DNA from: Octopus sinensis | Taxonomy: Eukaryota | Reading direction: 5' to 3' | Length of the DNA stretch: 64,000 nucleotides | Assembly: GCF_006345805.1 (NCBI RefSeq) | Contig: NC_043020.1 | Coordinates: 23,126,001 to 23,190,000 of the forward strand | In this document: positions 40,883 to 53,223 of the stretch, in pieces | How positions within the stretch are numbered: the stretch's first letter is position 1 | Layout: the number at the start of each line of letters is the position of its first letter | Position numbers and translations under genes: made by a program | Notes under the pieces: model-generated | What the model was told of the DNA's origin: nothing | The model's database searches: none | Seen by the model: only the letters and a program-made list of their open reading frames with translations

Positions 40883-40965
40883 AGAATACTATAATCATAA
40901 ATGATTATATATTGAATTTTGAGATACCAGAAGGCACCAACTCCACTCAGTATCAGAGCGAGCTG

Positions 40966-41002
<37 letters not shown>

Positions 41003-41015
41003 ATATATGTATATG

Positions 41016-41075
<60 letters not shown>

Positions 41076-41997
41076 GACTAAATTACTACAGGTATATAGT
41101 CCATTGTCTATATTATAGTGCATTGTTGTTCACCATTCAAAACTTTTTATTCTTATATATATATATATATATACAAATAAAGAATAAAAGAATATATACA
41201 TATATATATATATAATATATATATATATAATGTATATATATCACACACAACACACACACCCCACCCACACACACCCACAGCCACACCCACACACTATCTT
41301 ATAATGGTCTCGTTCATTATCTTATAATCTGGTTAGTATAAATAACCGCAAAAACAGACAAAATTGGAAAAAAAAAATTTTCATAATTAATTGCCTAATT
41401 CGACCAATTACCGGAAGAAACAAGACAAAACAAAGATAAAGATCATTGTTGATCTGTTAACAAGACGTTAATCTCAACAACAACAACAACAACAACCGCA
41501 AGATAAACTTTCTCCATACAACATTGTAGTGTCTTGTATTCATTTTGTTGCTTTGTAACCAAATTGTTTCGAATTAAGAACGTATTTTCTTCCAAGAAAC
41601 TCATAAAAAGCGAATTATGCATCTTCCATATCTGCGCAAATGGCGATCGTTGATTGCTGCAGTCGCTGTATCATTAGAGATCATTAAGACAATTTGTGCT
41701 TGATTATCTTAATTACAATTAATTAATATGTGGCTATGTTAGTATGATATTCTACGTCTATATCGATCATTAATGTCTCTAATTGGTTTTGTTAGTGCTG
41801 ATTTTATGGGGTTTGGTGGCTTTGATGGTAATTAAAGGATATACACACGTAGATTAGAATATACAGATTATGTATATGTAAATACCTATATGTATATCTC
41901 TATCTATATATATATATATCTCTCTCTCTATTTATCTATCTATATATGTATGTATGTATATATGTATGCATATATATATATGCATATATATATATAT

Positions 41998-42342
41998 AGG
42001 CGTAGGAGTGGCTGTGTGGTAAGTAGCTTGCTTACCAACCACATGGTTCCGGGTTCAGTCCCACTACGTAGCACCTTGGGCAAGTGTCTTCTTCTATATC
42101 CTCGGGCCGACCGAAGCCTTGTGAGTGGATTTGGTAGACGGAAACTGAAAGATGCCTGTCGTATATATGTGTGTGCGTGTATGTTTGTGTGTCTGTGTTT
42201 GTCCCCCTAGCATTGCTTGTGTGTTTATGTCCCCGTCACCTAGCGGTTCGGCAAAAGAGACCGATAGAATAAGTACTGAGTTTACAAAGAATAAGTCCCG
42301 GGGTCGAGTTGCTCGATTAAAGGCGGTAAAAGAGTAAAAGAT
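41998..42342 (+). mobile_element. SINE family A
   Basis: AGGCGTAGGAGTGGCTGTGTGG head. Confidence 0.9.
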
Positions 42343-42360
42343 TATATATATATATATATA

Positions 42361-42615
42361 GGGGAGAGTTCACGAAAAAACCAAAAGACGAAGACAGGTG
42401 GTGTCCAAAACAAAAGAATAAAACAAATATATTATTGGAAGTTTGGTTGCGTTAATTATTGGTTGTTGCAAATTGCCACATTACATGTATATAAACAGTC
42501 TTTGGTAACAAGGACATGCTAATGACATAAGAAAGTACAACAGATGTATTAGTATAACAAACAGATGTATTAGTATAACGCTCGGGAATAGAAAAAGTAT
42601 TTTACGTTTCGAGCC

Positions 42616-42676
<61 letters not shown>

Positions 42677-42857
42677 CTCGAAACGTAAAATACTTTTTCT
42701 ATTCCCGAGCGTTATACTAATACATCTGTTGTACTTTCTTATGTCCTTAACATGTCCTTGTTACCAAAGACTGTTTATATACATGTAATGTGGCAATTTG
42801 CAACAACCAATAATTAACGCAACCAAACTTCCAATAATATATTTGTTTTATTCTTTT
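42361..42857. repeat. HHR family 1 fragment caught in an inverted duplication centred on (TA)n
   Basis: Arms 42412-42617 and 42673-42857; both stop at TAGGCTCGAAACGTA. Confidence 0.85.
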
Positions 42858-43122
42858 CTGCCCATTTTTTCAAATATTCTCATCACACTGTTGTACTTCT
42901 TTATGTCCTTAACATGTCCCTGTTACCAAAGACTGTATATATACATGTAATGTGGCAATTATGTAAAAATTTTTTTTGAATTCATAATATTCTATGTTAC
43001 TTTTGACAATGTTTTTCCAAAGAGTGAAACCGGTTAAGTAAATAAACCTCTTTTAAATTGCATTTTCAAACCTTCTTTCGTATATAATTCAACTCGTGCG
43101 ATACCCCACAACTCAACTTTGT

Positions 43123-43167
<45 letters not shown>

Positions 43168-43349
43168 GATATATATATATATACACATGCACAGACACCA
43201 CACATACGTAAGGGTTGACTTAAATCAATCAATCATTCTATCTATCTTTCTGTCTGGTTATCTGATTGTCTATCTGTCTTCCCCTCTGTCTGTCTTTCTA
43301 TATGAATATATGTGCGCATGTATATATATATAAAAGTATATGTATATGC

Positions 43350-43380
<31 letters not shown>

Positions 43381-43381
<1 letters not shown>

Positions 43382-44652
43382 CTTAGAATAACTTAGAAAG
43401 GTTTTGGCGAGTATTGGCCCAGGCCATGTCTAACTTAATAGCACCACCTGGCGAAGTCTTTCAATTCAGGATTTGGGCACCGAGGCCCATTCAAGCAGAG
43501 AGTTATTGTTTGTGGAGACATATCCGGGTGTGGGTGGTTTGTCCGGGACTGTTTGAAGGAATTTGTCCAAAGACTTCTTGAATTTTGTGTGGTCAGTTTC
43601 TGTTTTGACGTGTCCTGGTGTAATGTTGAAGAGAGCGGGTCCAATTGAGGTGAAATAATTGTGCCGTATTGTGGTTATGTGATGCGATTTAGATTTTTGT
43701 TGTGGACGGATGGCACGTGGTCCAAGCCTTGGATGTATTTTGAAGGTGATGCCAACATCATTCGGACAGTGATGATGGAATATTTTCCACATCATACAGA
43801 TAATGTAGCGTTCACGACGTCGTTGGAGTGAATACAGTTTCAGTTTCTCTAGTCTACCCCAGTAGTCAAGGTCTGACATGCCATCTATCTTTTTTGTGAT
43901 TGACCTTTGGGGAGCTTCAATTCTCATAATATTTTATTTTGTGTAGGGAGACCACAGTGGACAGCAGTATTCAAGGTGGGGTCGGGCAAAAGTAGAGAAG
44001 AGAAGGATAATAGTGTGGGAATCTCTCGACTGGAAGGTTCTGAGAATCCAGGAACACATTCTGCGGGCCATGTCAACTTTGCTGCTTATATGTGTAGCCC
44101 AGCTTATGTTGTTGTCCACTGTTACTCCCAAGTCTCTGATGTTGTTGGACGCCATGAGAATTTCTCCAGAAGGAAGGGAGTATGGGAGTTTCAGAGCGTC
44201 CTCCCTTCCAAAGTGGATCAGTTCGAATTTGTCTTCGTTTAGCAACATGTTGTTCTTTTCCGCCCATTGGACAACAGCCAGTAGGTCTGACTGAAGGCTT
44301 ATTCGGTCATCCACGCCATTGATGACCTTCTGGAGCTTGGAATCATCAGAGAAGGTTCTGATGTTACTGTGTTTGATGGTGTCAGTAATATCATTTATGT
44401 AGATGATGAAGAGAAGTGGGCCCAACACAGTGCCTTGTGGGACACCACTGCTGACTTTGGCTGGGCTGGATTTGACTCCTTCGACTACGACATGTTGGGT
44501 TCTGTTAGACAGGAAGCACTTGATCCACTGCAGCAGCTTTCCAGTGACACCAATATTGGACAGCTTTCTCAGAAGGATCTTATGATCAACCTTGTCAAAG
44601 GCCTTGCTGAAATCAAGGTAGATGACATCAGTGTTGGAACCATCTCCCAAGG

Positions 44653-44653
<1 letters not shown>
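43381..44653 (-). mobile_element. 5'-truncated CR1-group LINE (reverse transcriptase to 3' end), one premature stop
   Basis: YLDFSKAFDKV, GVPQGTVLGPLLF, FSDD (for FADD), LEYCCPLWSP; in frame across TAA with LYSLQRRRERY..FKKSLDKFLQTVPDKP. Confidence 0.9.
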
Positions 44654-44702
<49 letters not shown>

Positions 44703-45826
44703 ATGTGCGCACACACACACAAGCACACACAAACATACAGATAGTCATATACATGCATTTCCTTAACCTTAATGATTATCTTTCTCACCCACCTGAGACC
44801 AAATATAATCATAGAGACGAAATATAACCATATACGAAAACAGCACAATCCACCTCCGTCATCTACCCACATATATATATAGAAGTTTTTATATTTAACC
44901 AAATTAACCATACAGTTTACTTTTCTTCTTCCTAAGCCAACATATATTAGTAATATTCTAAATTTAGTCCTGAATTTTGATCTCAATCTCGACCTTATCC
45001 CATGTGAGATCTTTTCTTTATTTCTAAAGTCTTTCGTCTTGATGCGAACACCGACCGTGTGATTTTTGTTCCTTAAACACTTGGTCAACTCTGACTGTTG
45101 TCGCTCAGTTATCAAATGAGGATAAGAGATTTTGAAATCAGTGCCTTTGTTTTGTGTATGTGTGTGTGTGTGCGCGTGTGTGTGTGTGTGTGTGAGGGAG
45201 AGAGAGAGAGAAGAAAAGAAGGTTTAGCATTTCCCAATGAATATATAATGAACATTTGATATAAACATATGAATAAAAAAAAAGATGAGAACGAACAGTT
45301 GATTCCTTGATAAGATATGATATCTATAGCATATCGGGCGGCTACATTCCGATCAGAGCGTCTAATTTATTTATATTTTTCTTCGTGAAATTGATATTTA
45401 TAATTTAAAATCTCATTTCACTCGAAAAGTGTGAGCAGTTAATTCATTCATAATGAATATTTAATATAAATTAAGTGAAATGATATCAGTGTTCTTATCT
45501 TGCGGCAATATTGATGGAACAGAAAATAAAAAAAATGTCTGAATGTATTGTATATCTGATATCAGAGATTTATTCTCGCCTGAGCTGGCTGGCAGGTATG
45601 GTCGATTTCGATACGCTATCTAAAAAAAAAATACATCAACGTTGTTAGTTTGTGGTTATGTTTTTCAAGCGTTGATTTACCAAATGTTAATTCAAGGTTA
45701 ATGTATCATCACTCAAAACAATACAAATATAAATAAAAATAGTCTCATCAATAATTTATTTCTGATATATAAGAAATCCACTGAGGCAACAAGATAAAAA
45801 AAATATATATGTATACATACATATAT

Positions 45827-45885
<59 letters not shown>

Positions 45886-46358
45886 ATTCTGTAAATTGAT
45901 TTGTAATCGATTTTGTGTTAACTGCCGGCCTGTAGCGTTCCATCGGCGACCTCCACTTTTCAGACACAATCAATCTGAGACTATATTATCAAACGTTGCC
46001 CTCATTTTCTAATTTAGTAAGCAAGTAATTTGAATATTTGGCTGATATTTATAGCAAATCAAAGGACGACATTTATACACCTTCGTTATCGTATCAAGTA
46101 AATTCACCTGACGAAGACAATTAAAGATCAAAGGCACTCTAGCAGTCTGTCACCGTCCTCGACTATGGTTTAAACGACAAACAGACACAGTCATTAGAGT
46201 GCAGGACAAAATTCCTGGTGGTGTTTGCTCCGGATTTTTCCTATCCGTGTTCAAATGCAGATGAGTTCGATATTAACCTTCACCCGTTTCAGATCGATAG
46301 GATAAAGTGCCAACCAAAGGTGACTGAATGGAAGACTTGTAAAAATACTAAAGGAAAT

Positions 46359-46745
46359 AGGCGTAGGAGTGGCTGTATGGTAAGTAGCTTGCTTACCAAC
46401 TACATGGTTCCGGTTTCAGTCCCACTGCGTGGCATCTTGGGCAAGTGTCTTCTACTATAGCCTTGGGCCGACCAAAGCCTTGTGAGTGGATTTGGTAGAC
46501 GGAAACTGAAAGAAGCCTGTCGTATATATGTATATATATGTCTGTGTGTATTTGTATGTCTGACAACCGATGCTGGTGTGTTTACGTCCCAGTAACTTAG
46601 CGGTTCGGCAAAAGAGACCAATAGTATAAGTACTAGGCTTACAAAGAATAAGTCCTGGAGTCGATTTGATCGACTAAAGGCAGTGCTCCAGCATGGCCGC
46701 AGTCAAATGACTGAAACAAGTAAAAGAATAAAAGATTAAAAGAAA
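46359..46745 (+). mobile_element. SINE family A, full length
   Basis: Consensus-like head and tail. Confidence 0.9.
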
Positions 46746-46984
46746 AGAATGAAATAGCTCTAGGTAACAGTTTCTGCTGTTTACGATTTAAGTTCTGGAG
46801 AGATACATTTAATCCGCCATCCGGTTAAAGAGCGACACCTGGTTCTAGGGTTGTCGTTAAAACGTAGTTTTCTTTGTGATATTTAGGCTGGGTATCGAGT
46901 GTGAGGATAATTTTTTCCGTTCATTAATCGCTGAGGCATCTAAAAGAAACGAAATCAAAATAAAATAATCCTGTCTACTCTAGG

Positions 46985-47580
46985 TTAAAGGCCTGAAATT
47001 GTTTTTGGGGAGGGGTGTAGTGGATAACATCGACCCCAGTGTTCGGTACTTATTTTATCGATCCCGAAATGATGAATGGCAAAGTCGATCTCAGAGGGAT
47101 TTGAAATCAGAATTTAAGAACGGACGAAATGCTGCTAAGCATTTTGTCTGGTACGTTAACGATTCTGTCAGGTCACCGATTTAAATCAAATTAAAATAGT
47201 GGTATCAGACTTTGACACAAGGTCAGTAATTTCATGGGAGAGATAAGTCGATTGTATGGATCCCAATCCTCAGCTGCTACTTATTTTATCGACCCCGAAA
47301 AGAAGAAAGACAAAGTCAACCCCGAAAGGATGAAAGACAAAGTTGACCCCGGCGAGATTTGAACTCCGAACGCAAAGATGGACGAAATACTTATTTCTTT
47401 ATTACCCACAATGAGCTAAACACAGAGAGGACAAACAAGAACAGACAAACGGATTAAGTCGATTATATTGACTCGCAGTGCGTAACTGGTACTTAATTAA
47501 TCGACCTCAAAGGATGAGAAGCAAAGTCGACCTCGGTGGAATTTGAACTCAGAACGAGCGACAGACGAAATACTGCTAAG
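46985..47580 (-). mobile_element. SINE family B cluster
   Basis: Several central domains and the dimer junction. Confidence 0.75.
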
Positions 47581-47644
47581 AGCACAGCAGGTTTCACCCC
47601 TTCCCCCCGACGGAGTTTCAAGTGTTTTCATTCAATAAACACTT

Positions 47645-47789
47645 TCCACCTACCAAGTCCATTCACAAGACTTTGGTCGGCCCGAGGCTATAGTAGAAGA
47701 CACTAGTCCAAGGTGCCACGCAGTGGGACTGAACCAGGAACCATTTGGTTGGTTAGCAAGCTACTTACCACACAGCCACTCCTGCGCCT
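47645..47789 (-). mobile_element. SINE family A, 5' half
   Basis: AGGCGCAGGAGTGGCTGTGTGG head. Confidence 0.85.
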
Positions 47790-47911
47790 ATACACATACA
47801 TACATATATATATATATATATGTATGTATCTATATATTTATCTAGATAAATATAAATATAAACAAACAAATACACATATATTACACATGCATATTTACGT
47901 GTCTGTGTGTG

Positions 47912-47942
<31 letters not shown>

Positions 47943-48599
47943 GTATGTGTGTGTGCATTCGTATGTATATATCTAAATATATATTGTACATTTCATACAT
48001 ATACAGTCACACTTATATACACTCACAAATGCACATGCCCATATACAATTACACATACAGATGAACAGCTTTGTATGTGATGCGTATAGATACATACAAA
48101 TACGTGTATTAATATTGAATACATTTTCTTAATTTATGGTCAAAGGGGAAGTGTTGCTATAAATATGTTAATTTGTTGATTAGAGAGAAGACTAAACATA
48201 CACCTTCTATCTTCCTTCAGTTTTAATTATTAGAATATTGGAGTCGTATGACATTTCTTCTTTGGAGCAACTTCTTTTAAAATTTCATCGTAATGAAAAT
48301 ATTAACTGCTGTATTTTTCTTGTTAATTTTCAATAGTAATATAAGACTTGTTTTGCTTGTAAGGAATATTTTAGATTCTTTTTATACATTTACTCACTTT
48401 TCAAAATTATCCTTTCTACAAGCTGAGTAAAAGGTAAGCAACGTTTTGAAACATGAAATTCACCGCAATATATTTCAACAATGCGGAGATTTTATTCATC
48501 AAAGTAACTTTACAATCAATACATTTTCCTTACGAGTTGCAAGTTTGTTTATTCCGGTAGAATAAAAATCTGGAGTTCTGGAGCTATGAAGTCTTTGAA

Positions 48600-49430
48600 C
48601 GTACATTTAATATCGGTTTGATTTTTGAACTCCTCTCGCTGGAAACCATTCAAGGTGCTTGAAAAAGTGGTAGCTGGTAGGAGAAAGGTCTGGGGAATAA
48701 GCTGAGTCGAAAAGAACTTTGTAGCCAAATTCCCTCAACTTCTGGAGCCCTCTTCTGTTGCCCAGTCTGAGACGGAGGAGTAGCAGATTTTCGTTCTTTT
48801 GTCAATTCCATGGCAATATGTTTCTGCAGTAACGGTTTTAAGAAGTTATAGTGGATGAGTCCAGCAGTACACCACCAAACAGTCACCATAACCTTCTTTC
48901 TGAAGAGCTTGGCTTTAAGGAAGGTTTTCAGTGCTTCATTGTAGTCCAACCACTGCGAAGGACATTTTTTATTATTGTACAGAATCCACTTTTTATCGCA
49001 AGTTACTATACAGTCGAAAAATGGATCGGTCAGCTTAAGGAGAAGAAGCAAAAAGCTAATTTCATATCTGCACATTTTCATTCAAGTCGTGTGGTTCCCA
49101 TTTGTCGAGCTTTTTTGATTCTCCAATCGCATGCAAATGGTTGCAGGCACTTTTCTGGCCAACTTGAAGTTCTTTTGCCAGTTCTTGAGTGGTCTTACTT
49201 GGATCTTTCTCAATGACGGTCTTTAATTGACCGTCATCGATGACAGATGGGTGTCCACTACGTTCACGATCTTTAAGGCTCAAGTCTCCACTGCGAAATC
49301 ATTTAAACCATTTTCGAGCTGACCATTTACTGGGCATTTCGTTGATAACGTGATCAGTTTCAGCTGCTTTACGTCCTTTTTTGAAGTTGAATAGCAAAAT
49401 TGCTCGAATATCGCGCTTTGACAGTTCCAT
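48600..49430 (-). pseudogene. Mariner (DD34D-type) transposase pseudogene
   Basis: MELSKRDIRAILLFNFKKG..ERSGHPS..KKLDKWEPHDL..IVTCDKKWILY..KKVMVTVWW, with stops and frameshifts. Confidence 0.9.
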
Positions 49431-49617
49431 TTCAGATGATTGTAACAACGGCGAAAAGTTTTTCTTTATTCCGTATGTTGTTACTTTGCCTCTCTCACTC
49501 TCCCCTTTTCTTTTCGTCTTCTTTTCTTCTCCTTTTCTCCCTTTTTCTTCTTTTTTTCTACTCATACCTATTGAATTTACAATTTTTTAAATTCTCTCTG
49601 TTTATTTCCTCATATTC

Positions 49618-49653
49618 CTTTCTGTTGAAGAGCGTAGGCTCGAAACATAAAAG
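49618..49653 (+). ncRNA. Family 1 HHR, U6 variant, G16.2-to-A
   Basis: CTTT CTGTTGA A GAGC gtag GCTC GAAAC ATA AAAG. Confidence 0.5.
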
Positions 49654-49914
49654 ACTTTCTCACTTCCTCGAGCGTCAAACTAATACACCTGCTACGAAAT
49701 CATACAGTAGGGGCTTCTCCTGATATTGATACTGATGTACCGAAACAATTGTAGCGATTTTGAATGAATCCTATTCATTTCATCTTCTGGTATGCTCTCA
49801 TGTATTTAAATATATAGAAACACACACACGCTCACAGACGTACACACACATACGTGCGCGCAGTCATACACACAGATACACATATGCGTTATCAGTTAGA
49901 CACTCGTTCTTCTC

Positions 49915-50385
49915 CTATGTTAAATATACGCCTTAATTCCATGGGCATGGATACATTGAAACCCCGACGTCTGGCAGCTGACTTGGCAGACACCCATAAA
50001 ATTATTAACCATCTTACAAACAATAACTCTGACCACCTTTTCAAGCACCACCTGTCTAACACCCATTGACATGTTTAGAAAGTCAGAAAACAGCACAGCT
50101 CGCATGACTTTCGGAAACATCTTTCACGCTAAGAGCTGCTGAAGTATGGAACAAACTGCCGACATCAGTTGTCGGAGCACTGCATCCTTCAAAACGTCCT
50201 TGCTTCCTGAGGTTCGCCAACACTACACCTGATTTTCTCCCCTTCATACACACGCAGCATGTATTTGACTCATACACTGTTCGCTTTCCAGACATTTGTA
50301 CATTGCTGCATATACTTTATACGCACTTTCTGAAACGTTGTGGTGCACCTGTGCACTGTATACAATAATTTCATTATTATACCGT
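49915..50385 (+). mobile_element. CR1 LINE 3' fragment
   Basis: RLNSMGMDTLKPRRLAADL..HKII..FRKH..VWNKLP; 3'UTR ends in (ATT)n. Confidence 0.8.
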
Positions 50386-50752
50386 TGACAGGAGGCTGGT
50401 ATAAGAAATACGAGCTTTTTAAGTAAAAGTTGTGAAGTCGACGTAATGATGAATTAGTTCGTCAACAATACGATTTCGGAGATAGCTATTACAAGTTGTT
50501 TTCATATAGACGAGGTTGAAGAAAAATTGCTGGCTTGCGTAAAAGAAAATACAGGAGCATCAGTTAATTATGATTTTATCCAACATATTTTCCTATCAGA
50601 TTCACACAAGTATTGCAGCAGCCTTCATTTCTCCTAAGACTCTCGTACATGCATGCATACATAGATACATAGGTACACACATAGATACCCCCCCCCAACA
50701 CACACATACGCACGCGTGTATATATATGTGTGTATATATATATATGTATGTA

Positions 50753-50825
<73 letters not shown>

Positions 50826-51242
50826 GATAGATAGATAGATTGATAGATATATATATCAGATGGGCAGATAACCGAAGGGATAGTTTTGTGGATTTCCACC
50901 TCGGCATCCGAAACTCAGAGTTTTATCTTGGCTATTGAATAATTGTCACATATTATTTTACAGATAAATTTCCTCTATTTACATAATATTGAGGTCTCTT
51001 TCTTTCTTTTGTTATCTTACTGTTTTTACCAATATATATATATATATATATACAAATTAGTAAATAAATGGCACGACTAAGTACCGATATTTACTGGAAA
51101 TAGCGAACGTAAAAATACGACGCTAATGTGTAGTTGTGCCATTTATTTACTAATTTGTGTATTTTTCCCTCACGGGCTACTTTTTACTGGAAGACAATAC
51201 TTTGTATTGCATTACTGATATATATATATATATGTATCTATA

Positions 51243-51333
<91 letters not shown>

Positions 51334-51387
51334 AGAAATATTAAATTTCTAAATCTCTCGTAGAGACATGTACGGTGGTGGGGCGAT

Positions 51388-51673
51388 AGAATGGTTGTAT
51401 ACTGTCAATCTAACAAGAACGTGACAGTAGGGGGTACACCACCGTTGTATAGCCCTAGGAGGCATCGAACGCCTCCTGACAGCTTCGACACATTTTTTCC
51501 CTGTGTCCTTATATACATATACGAAGGGGAGACAAACACCCCCAACCGCCGGAACCGCATCTAGGGACACCCACTGTGTCGAAGCTGTCAGGAGGCGTTC
51601 GATGCCTCCTAGGGCTATACAACGGTGGTGTACCCCCTACTGTCACGTTCTTGTTAGATTGACAGTATACAAC

Positions 51674-51679
<6 letters not shown>
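51388..51679. repeat. Perfect 105-bp inverted repeat with 82-bp spacer
   Basis: Arms 51388-51492 and 51575-51679 are exact reverse complements. Confidence 0.95.
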
Positions 51680-51730
<51 letters not shown>

Positions 51731-51784
51731 CATATATATGCATACATACATACATACATACATACTTACATTCATACATATACC

Positions 51785-52172
51785 CAGGGTGCGGCGAATA
51801 AACTATTGTGTAACTTACACCAAAATGAAAATAAAATTGACAACTCATTTTAACAGATATATTTACCAAAATTGCATAAAAATATCTTGAAGTACTAAAG
51901 AGTAAATTTATTCAATAAAATCGCCATTGGTTTCAACTACAGCCACTAGACGACTTCACAATCTCCTGCAACTCTCCAGGATGCTCTCCTTGACTAAGTT
52001 GGTGAATGCTGCCATAATCCTAGCCTTTAGTCATCTTTGGTGTTACAAGGAGTTTTGTTGATCTCTCGCTTAACTGCGCAACACACATAATAATCAAGGG
52101 GGTTGCAGCCTAATGAGTTAAGTGGCCAGATGTTAGGGGTGATGTGGTCGCAGAAATTGTCTGACAGCCTAC
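51785..52172 (-). pseudogene. Tc1/mariner (maT/rosa-like) transposase C-terminus with probable TIR
   Basis: DHITPNIWPLNSLGCNPLDYYVC..RLVAVVETNGDFIE*; CAGGGTG end at 51785. Confidence 0.7.
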
Positions 52173-52455
52173 TTGTGGCCTAGAATGTATAAAAAGTCAA
52201 TAGGCATGGGGAGGATGCAGATGTCTTTAAAATAAAACTGGACCTCTTCTTGTCAGGTGTCCCAGATGAACCAACTTCACGGCAGGAGGTGCAGATGAGG
52301 GCAGCTGCATCGAACTCTCTCATGCACCAAATGGCATTTGCTAAAAAGCATTCGTGAAGTAAAATCAAGTAGCAACACCAAATAGCGGTGCTCCAGCATG
52401 GCCACAACTCGCGAGCCGAAACTAGATAAAATAAAATAAAATAAATAAAATAAAA
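52173..52455 (+). mobile_element. LINE 3' end (CR1-group-like C-terminus) whose tail is shared with SINE A
   Basis: FKIKLDLFLSGVPDEP..AASNSL; then GCGGTGCTCCAGCATGGCCAC..GAAACTAG(ATAAA)n. Confidence 0.75.
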
Positions 52456-52459
52456 GACA

Positions 52460-52790
52460 ACATATTCTCAATATAAAATAGTGTACATTTAAACACAAGA
52501 GAAAACTACCTTTAACGGGTAATTTTTACACGCTAGAAGAAGCAGTCAAAACGACCAAAACCACATTTAAGAGCAATTTTCGAAGGGAATGAAAAATAAA
52601 AACTTTTACCTTGTTATTTTTTAACGGTTATACCTAGATTTCAGATTTCTTCAGCAAATAAAATAATTTGCTAGGCGAATCCTCATCAGTAACAATTAAC
52701 ATATAACTTAGAAACAAATAACACGTGTCTTATCACTACTGATGGTGAGATTTCTAAACATATTCGCCATCCTATATATTTTGCGAGCAC
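52460..52790 (-). mobile_element. pLTR-like element family 3
   Basis: Homologous to 16070-16400. Confidence 0.65.
52621..52699 (-). ncRNA. Type I hammerhead ribozyme, family 3
   Basis: TTAA tt GTTA CTGATGA GGATT cgcct AGCAAAT tatttt ATTTGCT gaaga AATCT GAA ATC ta GGT A^TAAC cg TTAA. Confidence 0.75.
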
Positions 52791-52861
52791 ATATATATAT
52801 ACATGCATATATATATACATAAGTACATATACATACATACATACATACATACATACATACA

Positions 52862-52896
<35 letters not shown>

Positions 52897-53223
52897 GTCT
52901 TCTTCTACATTGGGGCAACTACTTCCAAATTAGCCCACAGGATCTCCAATCATTATTCAACTTTCTGAGATAAGAGAAAACAACACAGCACAGGACTAAG
53001 TAAATTAGTTTGGCGTCTTAAGGACTGCAATACAACTTTCAGGCTGGAATGGTCCATATTGTCGGTATCCTTTCCGTTTGATAAGGGCAGAAAATTTTGT
53101 GGCGTCTGTAATTCCGAACTTTTCCATATATTGTTCGCCAAAGTTCCTCTAATAAATACAATGGTCGAGAAATCCTTTAGGTGCATGCACTGGCAAAAAC
53201 ACACCTTTCACTCATATGAATAG
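52897..53223 (+). pseudogene. Penelope-like element GIY-YIG endonuclease C-terminal fragment
   Basis: FFYIGATTSKLAHRISNHYSTF*..STGLSKLVWRLKD..LEWSIL..KFCGVCNSE..RCMH; one stop; missed by the ORF track. Confidence 0.8.

Larger units (their letters stand above)
38811..40964 (-). repeat. Tandem array of ~600-bp non-coding units (3.6 copies), each with a hammerhead ribozyme; retrozyme/pLTR-like
   Basis: ATACTAAGCAATAAGG starts at 38811, 39381, 39985 and 40584; (TA)-rich flanks on both sides. Confidence 0.9.

Noticed and set aside
38811-40964. Array as a CRISPR, rDNA spacer or coding repeat
   Set aside because: Units are near-identical with no unique spacers, no rRNA similarity and no ORF; the DNA is eukaryotic.
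44654-45115. N-terminal 150 aa of the 393-aa RT ORF
   Set aside because: The frame runs through microsatellite and unrelated flank; RT similarity starts only at ~44653.
46104-46145. CTGACGAAGAC.. hammerhead-like start
   Set aside because: No intact GAAA, stem II closure or stem I partner.
50865-50925. GGAT..ATCC GAAACTC resembling an HHR 3' half
   Set aside because: The CUGANGA core is absent.
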